Below are positions 55,326-63,897 of a DNA stretch of 64,000 bases, piece by piece; positions within the stretch are counted from its first letter, which is position 1, and each line of letters begins with the position of its first letter. A program made the translations under genes and the position numbers. The stretch is from positions 222,585 to 286,584 of the IMG/VR virus record IMGVR_UViG_3300036770_004723. The stretch is one strand, 5' to 3'. The notes under the pieces were generated by a model. The model was not told the DNA's origin. It made no database searches and saw only the letters and a program-made list of their open reading frames with translations.

Positions 55326-56354
55326 TTAATAACCACACGAAGATCCGCCAACGTAGCCACATCTAACACCGTGAACTTTTTTAACAGATAATCTTTCCGT
55401 ACTGTCACGCATTCTGTTAGCAGGCACTTTATACTGTTTGGTGTAGTCAGTGAAATTGAATAACTCTTTTCGTGACCAATCAGAATAAGCGATTCCATCT
55501 TGGTGGAAAACAACTTCTGTTATTTTCTTTAAAATTGCATTTGGCTCGTAAGCACTTGCCTTTAAGTAAGCTCTGTTTTTATTAGAAAGTTTGACACTCT
55601 TTGTAAAGCATGAAGGACAATAATCCATTTCAGGCGCTTTACTATCTACGTCTCCCTGTTGCGCAAATACCTTATCAAACATCTTTAAAAGTTGCGGCTT
55701 CGCCACTTTACCTTTTTTACTTGAAGCATACGCATGTAATGACTTAAAGATTTTCTTTTGATTATAGTCTACACGAAATACAACATTGATATGCGGATTA
55801 GATAACATTAATTCAAGCGCTTGTCCCATTTCCCATTCGATGTTATGAATATTCTGCTCACAAACAACAAAGTTTATGTGGAACGATCTTACACCCAAAA
55901 TCTTACGGAACTGAGTAAGCTTGTTTATGTCGTACATTGAACTGATACCCATGATTTTCATATTTGTATCCGCATCAAAAGAATGCAGTGATACATTCAT
56001 AAAATCCAACTTGCACTTCAATGTAGTTGGATCAATTAACGTATTTAAAACTGCCATAGTTTTATTTGCTGATTCTAAAAACTGGCCATTGGTTGTAATG
56101 CCTACACGCTTAATCGGCGTAAGTTTCAGAATGTTATCGACCGTGGAATGTAAAAGCTTAAGGTTTAGGGTAGGTTCACCTCCTGACAATGAAACGTGGT
56201 CAATTACATGCGAAACCTTTTTAATTGAAGTAACTAAGTTAGATAACCAACTTTGCTTACTCGCTTTCTTTTCCATTTCTTTTTCAGGACAAAAGACACA
56301 ATTTGCGTTACACGTAACAGGCAGTATTGCCGTAAAGTTTCTTAACTGCTCCAT
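55326..56354 (-). CDS. radical SAM protein
   Basis: CNANCVFC (CxxxCxxC), LSGGEPT, ITTNG and NVSLH motifs. Confidence 0.9.
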   Translation of the reverse strand: MEQLRNFTAILPVTCNANCVFCPEKEMEKKASKQSWLSNLVTSIKKVSHVIDHVSLSGGEPTLNLKLLHSTVDNILKLTPIKRVGITTNGQFLESANKTMAVLNTLIDPTTLKCKLDFMNVSLHSFDADTNMKIMGISSMYDINKLTQFRKILGVRSFHINFVVCEQNIHNIEWEMGQALELMLSNPHINVVFRVDYNQKKIFKSLHAYASSKKGKVAKPQLLKMFDKVFAQQGDVDSKAPEMDYCPSCFTKSVKLSNKNRAYLKASAYEPNAILKKITEVVFHQDGIAYSDWSRKELFNFTDYTKQYKVPANRMRDSTERLSVKKVHGVRCGYVGGSSCGY

Positions 56355-56384
56355 AATTCACCTTAGCCATATTAATTTATTGTA

Positions 56385-56603
56385 TTAAGAAATACGTGTA
56401 ACAGTCAAGAAACCTTTATCCAGAGATAAAGTTTGACCTACCTGTAGATCACTGATCTGGTCAAACTCTTGGTCTTCCCAGTCAGTGACTTCTGCTAAAC
56501 CAAGCAATGTAAAATTACCTTTAGTATATACCATATCCCTTTCAGCTTCTATATTTACGTAAAGACTGAAAAGTTTTTTAATCTTTTTCTTAGATTGTTT
56601 CAT
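56385..56603 (-). CDS. small hypothetical protein
   Basis: AAGGTG RBS. Confidence 0.7.
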   Translation of the reverse strand: MKQSKKKIKKLFSLYVNIEAERDMVYTKGNFTLLGLAEVTDWEDQEFDQISDLQVGQTLSLDKGFLTVTRIS

Positions 56604-56621
56604 CGAATCACCTTCAATAGG

Positions 56622-56951
56622 TTAACTTAAAAAAGTACCAAAGACTCTAGGCCAGTAAAGTGTTTCACCATCGACATCTTCACCACTAGCTAAAAGTTCT
56701 AGTATTTTAGCGTTGTCGTCCTCCACTACAAAAAATAATGGAATCCACTCTTCTGTTTCACGTAAATATTTGAAACGAAGTTCTGACCATTCAGCAAAGT
56801 TACTCAGATCTTCATTGCTATGGGAAGTTTGAACAACTTTTTTCTCACCATCTGAGTTAAAGAAGTAGAGAAAAGGCGAATCACGCAAAGCAAGTTCAGT
56901 ATCAATTTGTTTCAGCGTGTAAACTTTACCGCTGACTGGAGACAGATTCAT
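56622..56951 (-). CDS. hypothetical protein
   Basis: AAGGA RBS. Confidence 0.75.
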   Translation of the reverse strand: MNLSPVSGKVYTLKQIDTELALRDSPFLYFFNSDGEKKVVQTSHSNEDLSNFAEWSELRFKYLRETEEWIPLFFVVEDDNAKILELLASGEDVDGETLYWPRVFGTFLS

Positions 56952-56987
56952 AAATAATTCCTTTATTACTATAATTAAAGATTAATT

Positions 56988-57020
56988 TATTGCGTACACT
57001 ATTAAGAATGTACGCTAATA
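56988..57020 (-). promoter_or_regulatory. conserved 5'-UTR hairpin (ACAUU..AGUGU family)
   Basis: GCGTACATT-CTTAAT-AGTGTACGC. Confidence 0.6.
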
Positions 57021-57029
57021 TTAAACTCG

Positions 57030-57485
57030 TTACGCTACACGCTTAACTACCCAATCTTCTTCATGGTCTAAAGAAAATTCTTCCCCTAAATACATAAATT
57101 TCAAACGTGCTTTGTCACTGTCTTTGTAGCACAGGCCATCTGTATCTTCAATAGCATCCGCGAAAGTCAAAGGATCTGAACTTTCATTGTTGTGGATAAA
57201 TACCCAACGCATTGATTCGGATTTTGCTTGATCAATAACGCTATAAAAATCCGGTACAACAGGGGCAATAAAAGTTATTGCCGCCGTGTCAATTAAAACA
57301 CATTTATGACTGTCTGCATGTGCATCGCCAACATTGAACAAAACATTCAGATTAAATGAACGTTTCATGTTACGCGAAAATGCGTGTTGCCCTGCGAAGT
57401 CTAATTCAATTACAATACCGCACAAAACGGTATCTTCTAAAGTTGCTTCAACAATAGAGCCAATTTTTAAAGTAGAATAATCCAT
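57030..57485 (-). CDS. two-domain hypothetical protein (SH3/KOW-like N-domain)
   Basis: N-domain similar to 63550..63855, C-domain similar to 56385..56603; GGAG RBS. Confidence 0.75.
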   Translation of the reverse strand: MDYSTLKIGSIVEATLEDTVLCGIVIELDFAGQHAFSRNMKRSFNLNVLFNVGDAHADSHKCVLIDTAAITFIAPVVPDFYSVIDQAKSESMRWVFIHNNESSDPLTFADAIEDTDGLCYKDSDKARLKFMYLGEEFSLDHEEDWVVKRVA

Positions 57486-57496
57486 ACTTATCTCCG

Positions 57497-57790
57497 TTAT
57501 TTAAGCATAAAACGATTTGCGGCCTTTACCAACTCTTCTGCATACTCAGTAGAGTGGCATTCTGCAAGTGTAACGTTGTTGGCATCTACCAAGATCCACT
57601 GCTTGTTGTATAGAGGCAATGCCAATTCAGCAGGGTCATTGAATAAATGATCGCACATTTTTTGAAGTTCTTGATTTTGTTGAACAGCAATCTTTAATTG
57701 TTCTGTTCGTGACTTAAGACAAAACATTAACCAAATTAAAGTGATGACCACTAAAATGTTTAACAACGAATTAAGTGTATTAATATCCAT
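57497..57790 (-). CDS. membrane-anchored hypothetical protein
   Basis: N-terminal TM. Confidence 0.7.
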   Translation of the reverse strand: MDINTLNSLLNILVVITLIWLMFCLKSRTEQLKIAVQQNQELQKMCDHLFNDPAELALPLYNKQWILVDANNVTLAECHSTEYAEELVKAANRFMLK

Positions 57791-57800
57791 AAGTTTATCC

Positions 57801-58121
57801 TTAGTATAATTGAACTTTTTTATTGCGATTATATGAACGATATTCGTAATGCTGAATTTCGCCGTTAGTAAAGTGGGATGGAACTAATTGGCGTTTTGTT
57901 TGCCACCCACTATACGCATTTACATCAAACAACAGATCTTCAAGTTGCGTATACAAACCGTCAAGTAAACCAAGGTAGTAATCCACAGACTTTAGTTGAT
58001 ATGAGTCTGGTAAACAAGTACATTGATTTTCTAGTCTCCAGATGATTAATGCAAGTTCTGGAATTTTTTCATCGGTAATTAATGAAATACGTTTTTTATT
58101 TGTTTCCGATACTTTCGACAT
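57801..58121 (-). CDS. hypothetical protein, first gene after boxed promoter
   Basis: ORF downstream of 58183 promoter. Confidence 0.7.
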   Translation of the reverse strand: MSKVSETNKKRISLITDEKIPELALIIWRLENQCTCLPDSYQLKSVDYYLGLLDGLYTQLEDLLFDVNAYSGWQTKRQLVPSHFTNGEIQHYEYRSYNRNKKVQLY

Positions 58122-58182
58122 TTTCTGACTCTCGCTGTTAACAGCAAACTTTTAACAGGCTGTTTGCCTTACCTATGAGATC

Positions 58183-58240
58183 ATTATATCAAAATAAACC
58201 ATATAGGTATATGCTTATTATTGACACACTTAGATCAGTT
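58183..58240 (-). promoter_or_regulatory. boxed sigma70-like early promoter
   Basis: AACTGATCTAAGTGTGTCAA-9-TATACC-17-TATAAT. Confidence 0.85.
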
Positions 58241-58579
58241 AGAGTTAAATACCTTACGTAAATAAATCTTTGTCCGGATTTCATCGCGCTCTAGCTTATT
58301 AAAATCCTTGTTAATAAATTTGAGCAATTCAAGTGTTACATGTGTACCTGCTTTAGTCAGGCAGTCGAAAACAAAAATGTTATCTAGCCGGTAAACGGCA
58401 CTGTTCTTGAGCGTATATACTGTAAAGCCTACTCGTATGTTATAATCAGGATAAATATCACAAGCAACTGCTTTGATCGACACCGTAAAATAAGTGTATA
58501 TTAAAATCAATACAATTGCAGCAATCACGCCAGTTAATATAAAGGCAAGAGTTTCATTTTGCATAAGTACCTCAAACAA
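58235..58579 (-). CDS. membrane-anchored hypothetical protein (stop codon lies in promoter box)
   Basis: N-terminal TM; ends AAC TGA within box. Confidence 0.7.
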   Translation of the reverse strand: MFEVLMQNETLAFILTGVIAAIVLILIYTYFTVSIKAVACDIYPDYNIRVGFTVYTLKNSAVYRLDNIFVFDCLTKAGTHVTLELLKFINKDFNKLERDEIRTKIYLRKVFNSN

Positions 58580-58587
58580 GAAAAATT

Positions 58588-59040
58588 TTAAATAACGTAG
58601 ACAGTAGTTATTGTTGTGGTTCCAACCATGTGGTCTACATGGTTTATTTCTATATAACTAGCTGCATGTAACATATCTAAAAAGTCGTCATAATAAAGTG
58701 TTTTATACGTATTATGAACATCTTTTGAAGTTTGTCTAAGAGTCACTACATCATACATTATCAACTTATTTTTGGCTAAGCGCGTAATATATTTTGATAA
58801 GACCGCAATTATGAACTGATCACTACTGACCGAGAAGTTTACTCGGCCTTGACCTAAATTGTTAAACTTATTTTTCGCGTACAGCATGAATTCCGTGTCT
58901 ACGAAAAAATCAAGTGTCTGGCCTTGTAAACAAATTTGAATAGATATCAATATATGCTCAGCCGGAAAAAGTTTGTAGCTAACGTTCGATGCGTTTAAAT
59001 ATGTTGCAACATCCTTTAAATCTTCAAGATTTAATTCCAT
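58588..59040 (-). CDS. hypothetical protein
   Basis: GAGG RBS. Confidence 0.75.
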   Translation of the reverse strand: MELNLEDLKDVATYLNASNVSYKLFPAEHILISIQICLQGQTLDFFVDTEFMLYAKNKFNNLGQGRVNFSVSSDQFIIAVLSKYITRLAKNKLIMYDVVTLRQTSKDVHNTYKTLYYDDFLDMLHAASYIEINHVDHMVGTTTITTVYVI

Positions 59041-59049
59041 ATTTACCTC

Positions 59050-59077
59050 AAAGAGAAAAGGCCAAATTAATGGCCTT
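59050..59077 (-). terminator. intrinsic terminator
   Basis: AAGGCCA-TTAATT-TGGCCTT-TTCTCTTT. Confidence 0.7.
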
Positions 59078-59085
59078 GATCTTAA

Positions 59086-59283
59086 TTAAGCTCGAACTTC
59101 AAGACGGCCATAGGCATAAATAGCCTCTTTACGTTCTTGAGTAAAATCACCTGACACCATTTTCAAATGCGGCGGCGAAGTTTCATAAACTTCTTTGACT
59201 ACAACAGATGAACCATCGTTAAAACTGTAACGCCATTCATTTGGTTCACCAGTTAAAATATCGTCAACAACTCTTAGTAGCAT
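59086..59283 (-). CDS. small hypothetical protein
   Basis: AAGGAG RBS. Confidence 0.7.
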   Translation of the reverse strand: MLLRVVDDILTGEPNEWRYSFNDGSSVVVKEVYETSPPHLKMVSGDFTQERKEAIYAYGRLEVRA

Positions 59284-59295
59284 GTGTAGCTCCTT

Positions 59296-59628
59296 TTATT
59301 TAGTTAGTAAAATTTCAACAGTTAAATTAAATTCAGGTGAATCATCAATGAAAGAATTATTACCTTTGATAGTATCATCGAAGAAGTCTTTTTCTTCTTG
59401 AATAAGAGTCAGCATGTAAGAAGATTTTGTGCCTGGAAACGCTTTTGCGTATTCTCTCAAGGCTTTTAAGATGATCTGCCAATGGCGTCGGCCAGTTAAG
59501 TGCAATCTTCTTTGATCTTCGCCTTCATTAAGAGTCAGACCAAAAAAGTTTGCCAGTTGGCTACTGCCCGTGAAATACTCATAAACTACATTAGATGTTT
59601 TGATTTTGATTTCTGTAGATTGTGCCAT
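59296..59628 (-). CDS. hypothetical protein, first gene after boxed promoter
   Basis: AGGA RBS. Confidence 0.75.
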   Translation of the reverse strand: MAQSTEIKIKTSNVVYEYFTGSSQLANFFGLTLNEGEDQRRLHLTGRRHWQIILKALREYAKAFPGTKSSYMLTLIQEEKDFFDDTIKGNNSFIDDSPEFNLTVEILLTK

Positions 59629-59664
59629 GTTTATTTTCCTATATAAATACTTAAGTAGTTTCCA

Positions 59665-59690
59665 TGGAGTACACTAAAAAATGTACTCTA
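59665..59690 (-). promoter_or_regulatory. conserved 5'-UTR hairpin (ACAUU..AGUGU family)
   Basis: TAGAGTACATT-TTTT-AGTGTACTCCA. Confidence 0.6.
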
Positions 59691-59720
59691 GTAAACAACT
59701 TTTTGATTTAAACTGTGTAC

Positions 59721-59778
59721 ATTATACCAAAATAAGCTATATATGTATATGCGTATTTTTGACACACTTCGATCAGTT
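59721..59778 (-). promoter_or_regulatory. boxed sigma70-like early promoter
   Basis: AACTGATCGAAGTGTGTCAA-9-TATACA-17-TATAAT. Confidence 0.85.
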
Positions 59779-59780
59779 GG

Positions 59781-60017
59781 CTATTTAACGTCAATGCGTT
59801 TTTGATGTAGTGCCAACTGTATACTTAAATACTGTAGATCTTCGGCAGTTAAAAACATTGTGCCGTCAATACCAAGGTAAGCCTTACCTGCATTTTCTGT
59901 AAGATTCACTACAGCTTCATCAGTTTGTGTATCGTCATCACCTTCGAAAAAACCAACTGTCACATTAAACTTTACTGTATTTGTTAAACACATTTTAGAT
60001 TCCTTAATCTGAAGCAC
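59781..60017 (-). CDS. hypothetical protein
   Basis: Likely start MCLTN after AAGGA. Confidence 0.65.
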   Translation of the reverse strand: MLQIKESKMCLTNTVKFNVTVGFFEGDDDTQTDEAVVNLTENAGKAYLGIDGTMFLTAEDLQYLSIQLALHQKRIDVK

Positions 60018-60249
60018 GAATGCCCAAAGTTAAATTTACATAGTTCAGCGACGAATGCTCAACGTTTTTATGTGTAGAGATCATTAAATCTGAACCGTCT
60101 TTAAACGTATATTGAATAGTGTTACCGTCAAAATGTTGGTCTGCACTAATAGATTCGGCAAGACTGGTCTTTAATAAAGCAAGTAAATCATTATGTGATT
60201 CGTGTTGCGGATTTTGATAAGCCGCCAAAAGAGTTTGAGCTGTGTTCAT
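60004..60249 (-). CDS. hypothetical protein
   Basis: GAGGA RBS. Confidence 0.7.
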   Translation of the reverse strand: MNTAQTLLAAYQNPQHESHNDLLALLKTSLAESISADQHFDGNTIQYTFKDGSDLMISTHKNVEHSSLNYVNLTLGIRASD

Positions 60250-60263
60250 TCAAAGTTTTTCCT

Positions 60264-60812
60264 CTAATCAAAAAGATTGTTATGCAGGTGCAACATTTCA
60301 TCGAAAAATTGCTTAGATAAATTTAAATCTACAGAACCATTCTCTGCTACAGTAGAAAAACACGTTGCGAACTTAGCTATAAGCGTTTGAGCTAATCTTG
60401 CTTTTAACTCAGCATAAGTCATATAGTAAATACCTTCACCTACTTTTCCAGTTTTATCAACTAGCTTAAACTCAACTCCATATTCAAAAATTTCTGTTAT
60501 GATACCAGAAAATTGCTCAGACATAAAAAATTTAAAGTCTACACTAACATTTAACTTTAAAGAAGGTTGAGCAACATCAGGCTTTTCTTGACGTTCAACA
60601 ATTTGAATTCGTCTTTTTAAGGACTCCAAGATTTTCTCTCTTAAGAAATACTTACCTACTTTAGCATAAGCCTTCTCTCCAACTTTTACCAAAGTAATTT
60701 CAACCCCTTTATTTAAAGGTTCTTGGTTTTCGTCGAAACCTATAATTAAACATGTAGTAGATTTAACCAAAATTTGCATTTTATATTCCTTAGTGAATAA
60801 CAAAACAGACAA
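60264..60812 (-). CDS. hypothetical protein
   Basis: Likely start MQILV after AAGGA. Confidence 0.7.
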   Translation of the reverse strand: MSVLLFTKEYKMQILVKSTTCLIIGFDENQEPLNKGVEITLVKVGEKAYAKVGKYFLREKILESLKRRIQIVERQEKPDVAQPSLKLNVSVDFKFFMSEQFSGIITEIFEYGVEFKLVDKTGKVGEGIYYMTYAELKARLAQTLIAKFATCFSTVAENGSVDLNLSKQFFDEMLHLHNNLFD

Positions 60813-61149
60813 CTAAGGTAAATGTGGACATACGATCAAGATTTTGAATTGCTTGATGTCCACGTACTGCTGTCCTATCAATATCGTCAGATAAGGAATT
60901 CAACACTGTATGAAATTCCGCGATTTCAACATCAACTTTACTTTGACCTACATCAAAGTAATCTGGAACAAGGGCTTCAAGTTGTACTTGAAGCCATCCC
61001 TTACCTTTCAGTGGAAAAGTAAGTGGTATAGTTACAGCCGCGATGTTTGAAGTAACGTCCATCATGTTGTTATCAAGACGGAACTTAATTTGAGTCAGAA
61101 TATTTAATGGATACTCTTCATCATCCACGATAATGATCTTCTTATTCAT
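60790..61149 (-). CDS. hypothetical protein
   Basis: GGAG RBS. Confidence 0.7.
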   Translation of the reverse strand: MNKKIIIVDDEEYPLNILTQIKFRLDNNMMDVTSNIAAVTIPLTFPLKGKGWLQVQLEALVPDYFDVGQSKVDVEIAEFHTVLNSLSDDIDRTAVRGHQAIQNLDRMSTFTLVVCFVIH

Positions 61150-61162
61150 ACTACTCTCCGAT

Positions 61163-61798
61163 TTAGTTGTTTTTAGCTAAATAATTTAATCTACTTAAAT
61201 CCGATATTACTTCAGATGAAGATAAAGATTTAAGTTCTTTTCTGACGATATTAGTTATGTTACGTAACGCAAGTTTATCTCGTTTGGTCTTGATTTTCTC
61301 AACTTCTTCCCAATCTTCTTTAGACAAGCATGAACGTTTAGATAAGTATGGAGTTAAGGATTCTGTGAGTTTTACCACATCAGGAAATGCAATTTCAGCA
61401 CCTTCAAGATCAAACAATTTATGTTTCTCTACACTCAGAAAATAATCTAAGCAAGTTATTTGATTAAAATGCTTCAACAGTATAAACTGTTTGGCACATA
61501 CACGACATTCAAGAATCATACGGCTTAAAGCATTTTCTTTAGTGTCGTCACTTGTTAAAGTAGTGAAACCAAAATCAACTTGTTCCAATCTGAAGGCTTT
61601 ACCCATTGATATAAAATCAACAGCATGTGCAATATCATGAAACAGATCAAATACATTTAATCCTGTAGTGCCTTCTTGCTTATACTGAAACCTATAATGG
61701 CCGAAGTAAGATGTTTTATATCCACCACGGAACCATAAATTTCGGATATTCTTTTCCGCAAATTTTTTAGCTATGTTTAGCCGATTTATTTTTGACAT
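61163..61798 (-). CDS. hypothetical protein with zincin-like HDxxH motif
   Basis: LFHDIAHA with downstream LECRV; AAGG RBS. Confidence 0.6.
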   Translation of the reverse strand: MSKINRLNIAKKFAEKNIRNLWFRGGYKTSYFGHYRFQYKQEGTTGLNVFDLFHDIAHAVDFISMGKAFRLEQVDFGFTTLTSDDTKENALSRMILECRVCAKQFILLKHFNQITCLDYFLSVEKHKLFDLEGAEIAFPDVVKLTESLTPYLSKRSCLSKEDWEEVEKIKTKRDKLALRNITNIVRKELKSLSSSEVISDLSRLNYLAKNN

Positions 61799-61825
61799 AA
61801 ACTACCTTTTAACGAAGATTGCTTG

Positions 61826-62065
61826 TCATTGCATTTCGACAATTTGAACACTGAACATTTCTGTTTTAAATTCAGGAAACTGACGGCAGAAGTTTCTGAT
61901 ATGTGACTCTGCTTCAGACCTCAAGTAATGATCCATGTTATCAATAGCTTTATCTTTCGATTCTTGGATAACAGCAGACACAAAAGTCTCTGTAGTCAAC
62001 TTACGTAGTACGACCGCACACTTAGCCATCTTGATTCTCCACGGGAATATCCCAACCGTTTTCAA
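61826..62065 (-). CDS. small hypothetical protein
   Basis: Likely start MAKCA after GGAG. Confidence 0.65.
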   Translation of the reverse strand: MKTVGIFPWRIKMAKCAVVLRKLTTETFVSAVIQESKDKAIDNMDHYLRSEAESHIRNFCRQFPEFKTEMFSVQIVEMQ

Positions 62066-62483
62066 TAAACTTTTTCAAGTTTTCTGTGCGATAGATCTTA
62101 AATGTGAATAAATAAAAGCGAACATCAAGCTTGCCGATTAGGTCTAAATGATCCCAATTAAACATGCTGAGCGGTTTCTTTGCAAAACTCCAGAACAAAA
62201 CAAACGGCCATGTTTTAGGATGTCTTTGTCTGAAACTTAATTTAACAAACTCTTCTTGAGTGCCATCAAACTTTTTATCCATGTGCGCTTGATGGTAAAC
62301 AATGATTCCCCAATAAACGAAGACCTTAACAAAATACTGAAAGAAAATTGACCACACTATGGCAATCAAAGGCCAGCCAATTACAAATCCGATTAAAATC
62401 TTGCCAAACGTATGATTAACGTATTCACCAAGATAAAACACAAAATGCCAAACAGCATTAACTACGCTGATAAAAGTTTCCAT
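62022..62483 (-). CDS. membrane protein
   Basis: Hydrophobic Trp/Phe-rich segments; GAGG RBS. Confidence 0.75.
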   Translation of the reverse strand: METFISVVNAVWHFVFYLGEYVNHTFGKILIGFVIGWPLIAIVWSIFFQYFVKVFVYWGIIVYHQAHMDKKFDGTQEEFVKLSFRQRHPKTWPFVLFWSFAKKPLSMFNWDHLDLIGKLDVRFYLFTFKIYRTENLKKFIENGWDIPVENQDG

Positions 62484-62554
62484 TTAGTATTACCTCATAG
62501 GTTTTAACCATTAAACTGTTTCGCACTCACCGCCTTCATATCCTTGAATTAAGT

Positions 62555-63289
62555 TCAAGGCCAATTAACGAGATGAATTTTACCTTCCTTCAATTTTTTC
62601 TCGAATTCAGTAAAGCTAATGCGGTTACGTAGCCGAACATTTTCTTCTTCGACCAAATCAAAGATTTTCTCGATTAAATAATCAAGTTCTCGGTAATCTT
62701 TAAAGTTCACAGAACCTACAAAGTTTAAATCCAAGGCACCATTCATAACAGCACTTCGTTTAAAATCTTCATCACTTAAATCAACAGCGGATAAAATGAT
62801 ATCAAACGCATCAGGATCTTGTAATTCATTATTTTGGTCAGTTTGATCAGGTGGCGTTAATTTGACTTCTATGTCGGACAGCGCAACCTGCAATCTATCC
62901 TGTAGACACGCAGTAAGTACATCGTCCAACTTTTTCACAGAATGTTTAATAGACATAGCTGAAAGTTTTACTATTTCAGTCTTATCCACTTCAATTTTTA
63001 AATCAGGCATATTCAAATTCAAAAGCTTTATGAAAAATGAATAACCTGTTTTAGATTGACGTACTTCACCTAGACTATTTGTAGACAGTGAAAACTGCGC
63101 TTTAATATAATCTTCAGGTTCTTCTATTGAAACAGGAAGCCAAATTTTGTTAGGATCATCACCTAATTTTACTTGTACAAAAAGAGCATCCTGCAAGCAA
63201 GAAGAATCGACATATAAATAAACGTACATAAGTCCCCCGATTAAATCTCGTTTTGTTCCACAAGTTAAAACATAGAGTTTAACTTGCAT
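62555..63289 (-). CDS. hypothetical protein
   Basis: 244-aa ORF. Confidence 0.75.
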   Translation of the reverse strand: MQVKLYVLTCGTKRDLIGGLMYVYLYVDSSCLQDALFVQVKLGDDPNKIWLPVSIEEPEDYIKAQFSLSTNSLGEVRQSKTGYSFFIKLLNLNMPDLKIEVDKTEIVKLSAMSIKHSVKKLDDVLTACLQDRLQVALSDIEVKLTPPDQTDQNNELQDPDAFDIILSAVDLSDEDFKRSAVMNGALDLNFVGSVNFKDYRELDYLIEKIFDLVEEENVRLRNRISFTEFEKKLKEGKIHLVNWP

Positions 63290-63540
63290 TCATACTCATT
63301 ACTTCTTATACGGTGAAACGCATAAAGTTTAAACTGGACAACTTGATCTTCGCTTAAGCCAACTTTTGAATTAAGTAGATCACGAATTTGTTTTGTAAGA
63401 CCTTCATTACGTATAAGGTCTACGTCTGTAGCGCCAGAATTGTTGCCTGTCATAAAAGGCTGTACTAATTTAACTACCTGATTTAAAAATGTCACGATAC
63501 CCACCAATTGATTAAGTAGGTGCAGACAAAAAATCTGCAC
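63265..63540 (-). CDS. hypothetical protein
   Basis: ORF in - strand run. Confidence 0.6.
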   Translation of the reverse strand: MQIFCLHLLNQLVGIVTFLNQVVKLVQPFMTGNNSGATDVDLIRNEGLTKQIRDLLNSKVGLSEDQVVQFKLYAFHRIRSNEYECKLNSMF

Positions 63541-63549
63541 CTGACATGT

Positions 63550-63855
63550 TTACATTAAGCAACTGAAGTCCACGTTATTAGTGGACACAGATACAATCTG
63601 GTCAAAGTTAATTGTATCCATCTTATAAGATGAATCGGTTAAAGAATCATCCAACTGCTTGCTAAGTAAAGTCTTTTTGATTTGAACTAATACTGATAAC
63701 GTGAATCCACCTAAGCCTGATTCTACAAACTTTTTACGTGACAGATAATCGATCTCAGTGACTACACCGAATAAATGTTCAGGAATATCGTTGAATTTGA
63801 TTTCTACGATAACACCAACTTTAATTTGATTAGGTTTAACTGTTGCTTGGTTCAT
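63550..63855 (-). CDS. SH3/KOW-like hypothetical protein, first gene after boxed promoter
   Basis: GAGG RBS; similar to N-domain of 57030..57485. Confidence 0.75.
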   Translation of the reverse strand: MNQATVKPNQIKVGVIVEIKFNDIPEHLFGVVTEIDYLSRKKFVESGLGGFTLSVLVQIKKTLLSKQLDDSLTDSSYKMDTINFDQIVSVSTNNVDFSCLM

Positions 63856-63897
63856 AGCTTACCTCTCTTTGTTTAATCTTCTACTTAAGAAGTGACT

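Noticed and set aside
55326-55361. Radical SAM GG-SSCGY tail plus C39 peptidase as a RiPP pathway
   Set aside because: Genes are 43 kb apart, with no precursor peptide or transporter; the link is unsupported
33546-55513. Nested same-strand alternative-frame ORFs (33546..33728, 36615..36896, 40646..40876, 42072..42290, 51443..51625, 55304..55513)
   Set aside because: Lie inside longer genes without RBS; expected by chance
5100-63044. Numerous + strand ORFs of 60-155 aa antisense to the - strand genes (e.g. 55921..56388, 7587..7922, 41266..41571)
   Set aside because: Fully overlap well-supported - strand genes, lack RBS and have shadow-frame composition
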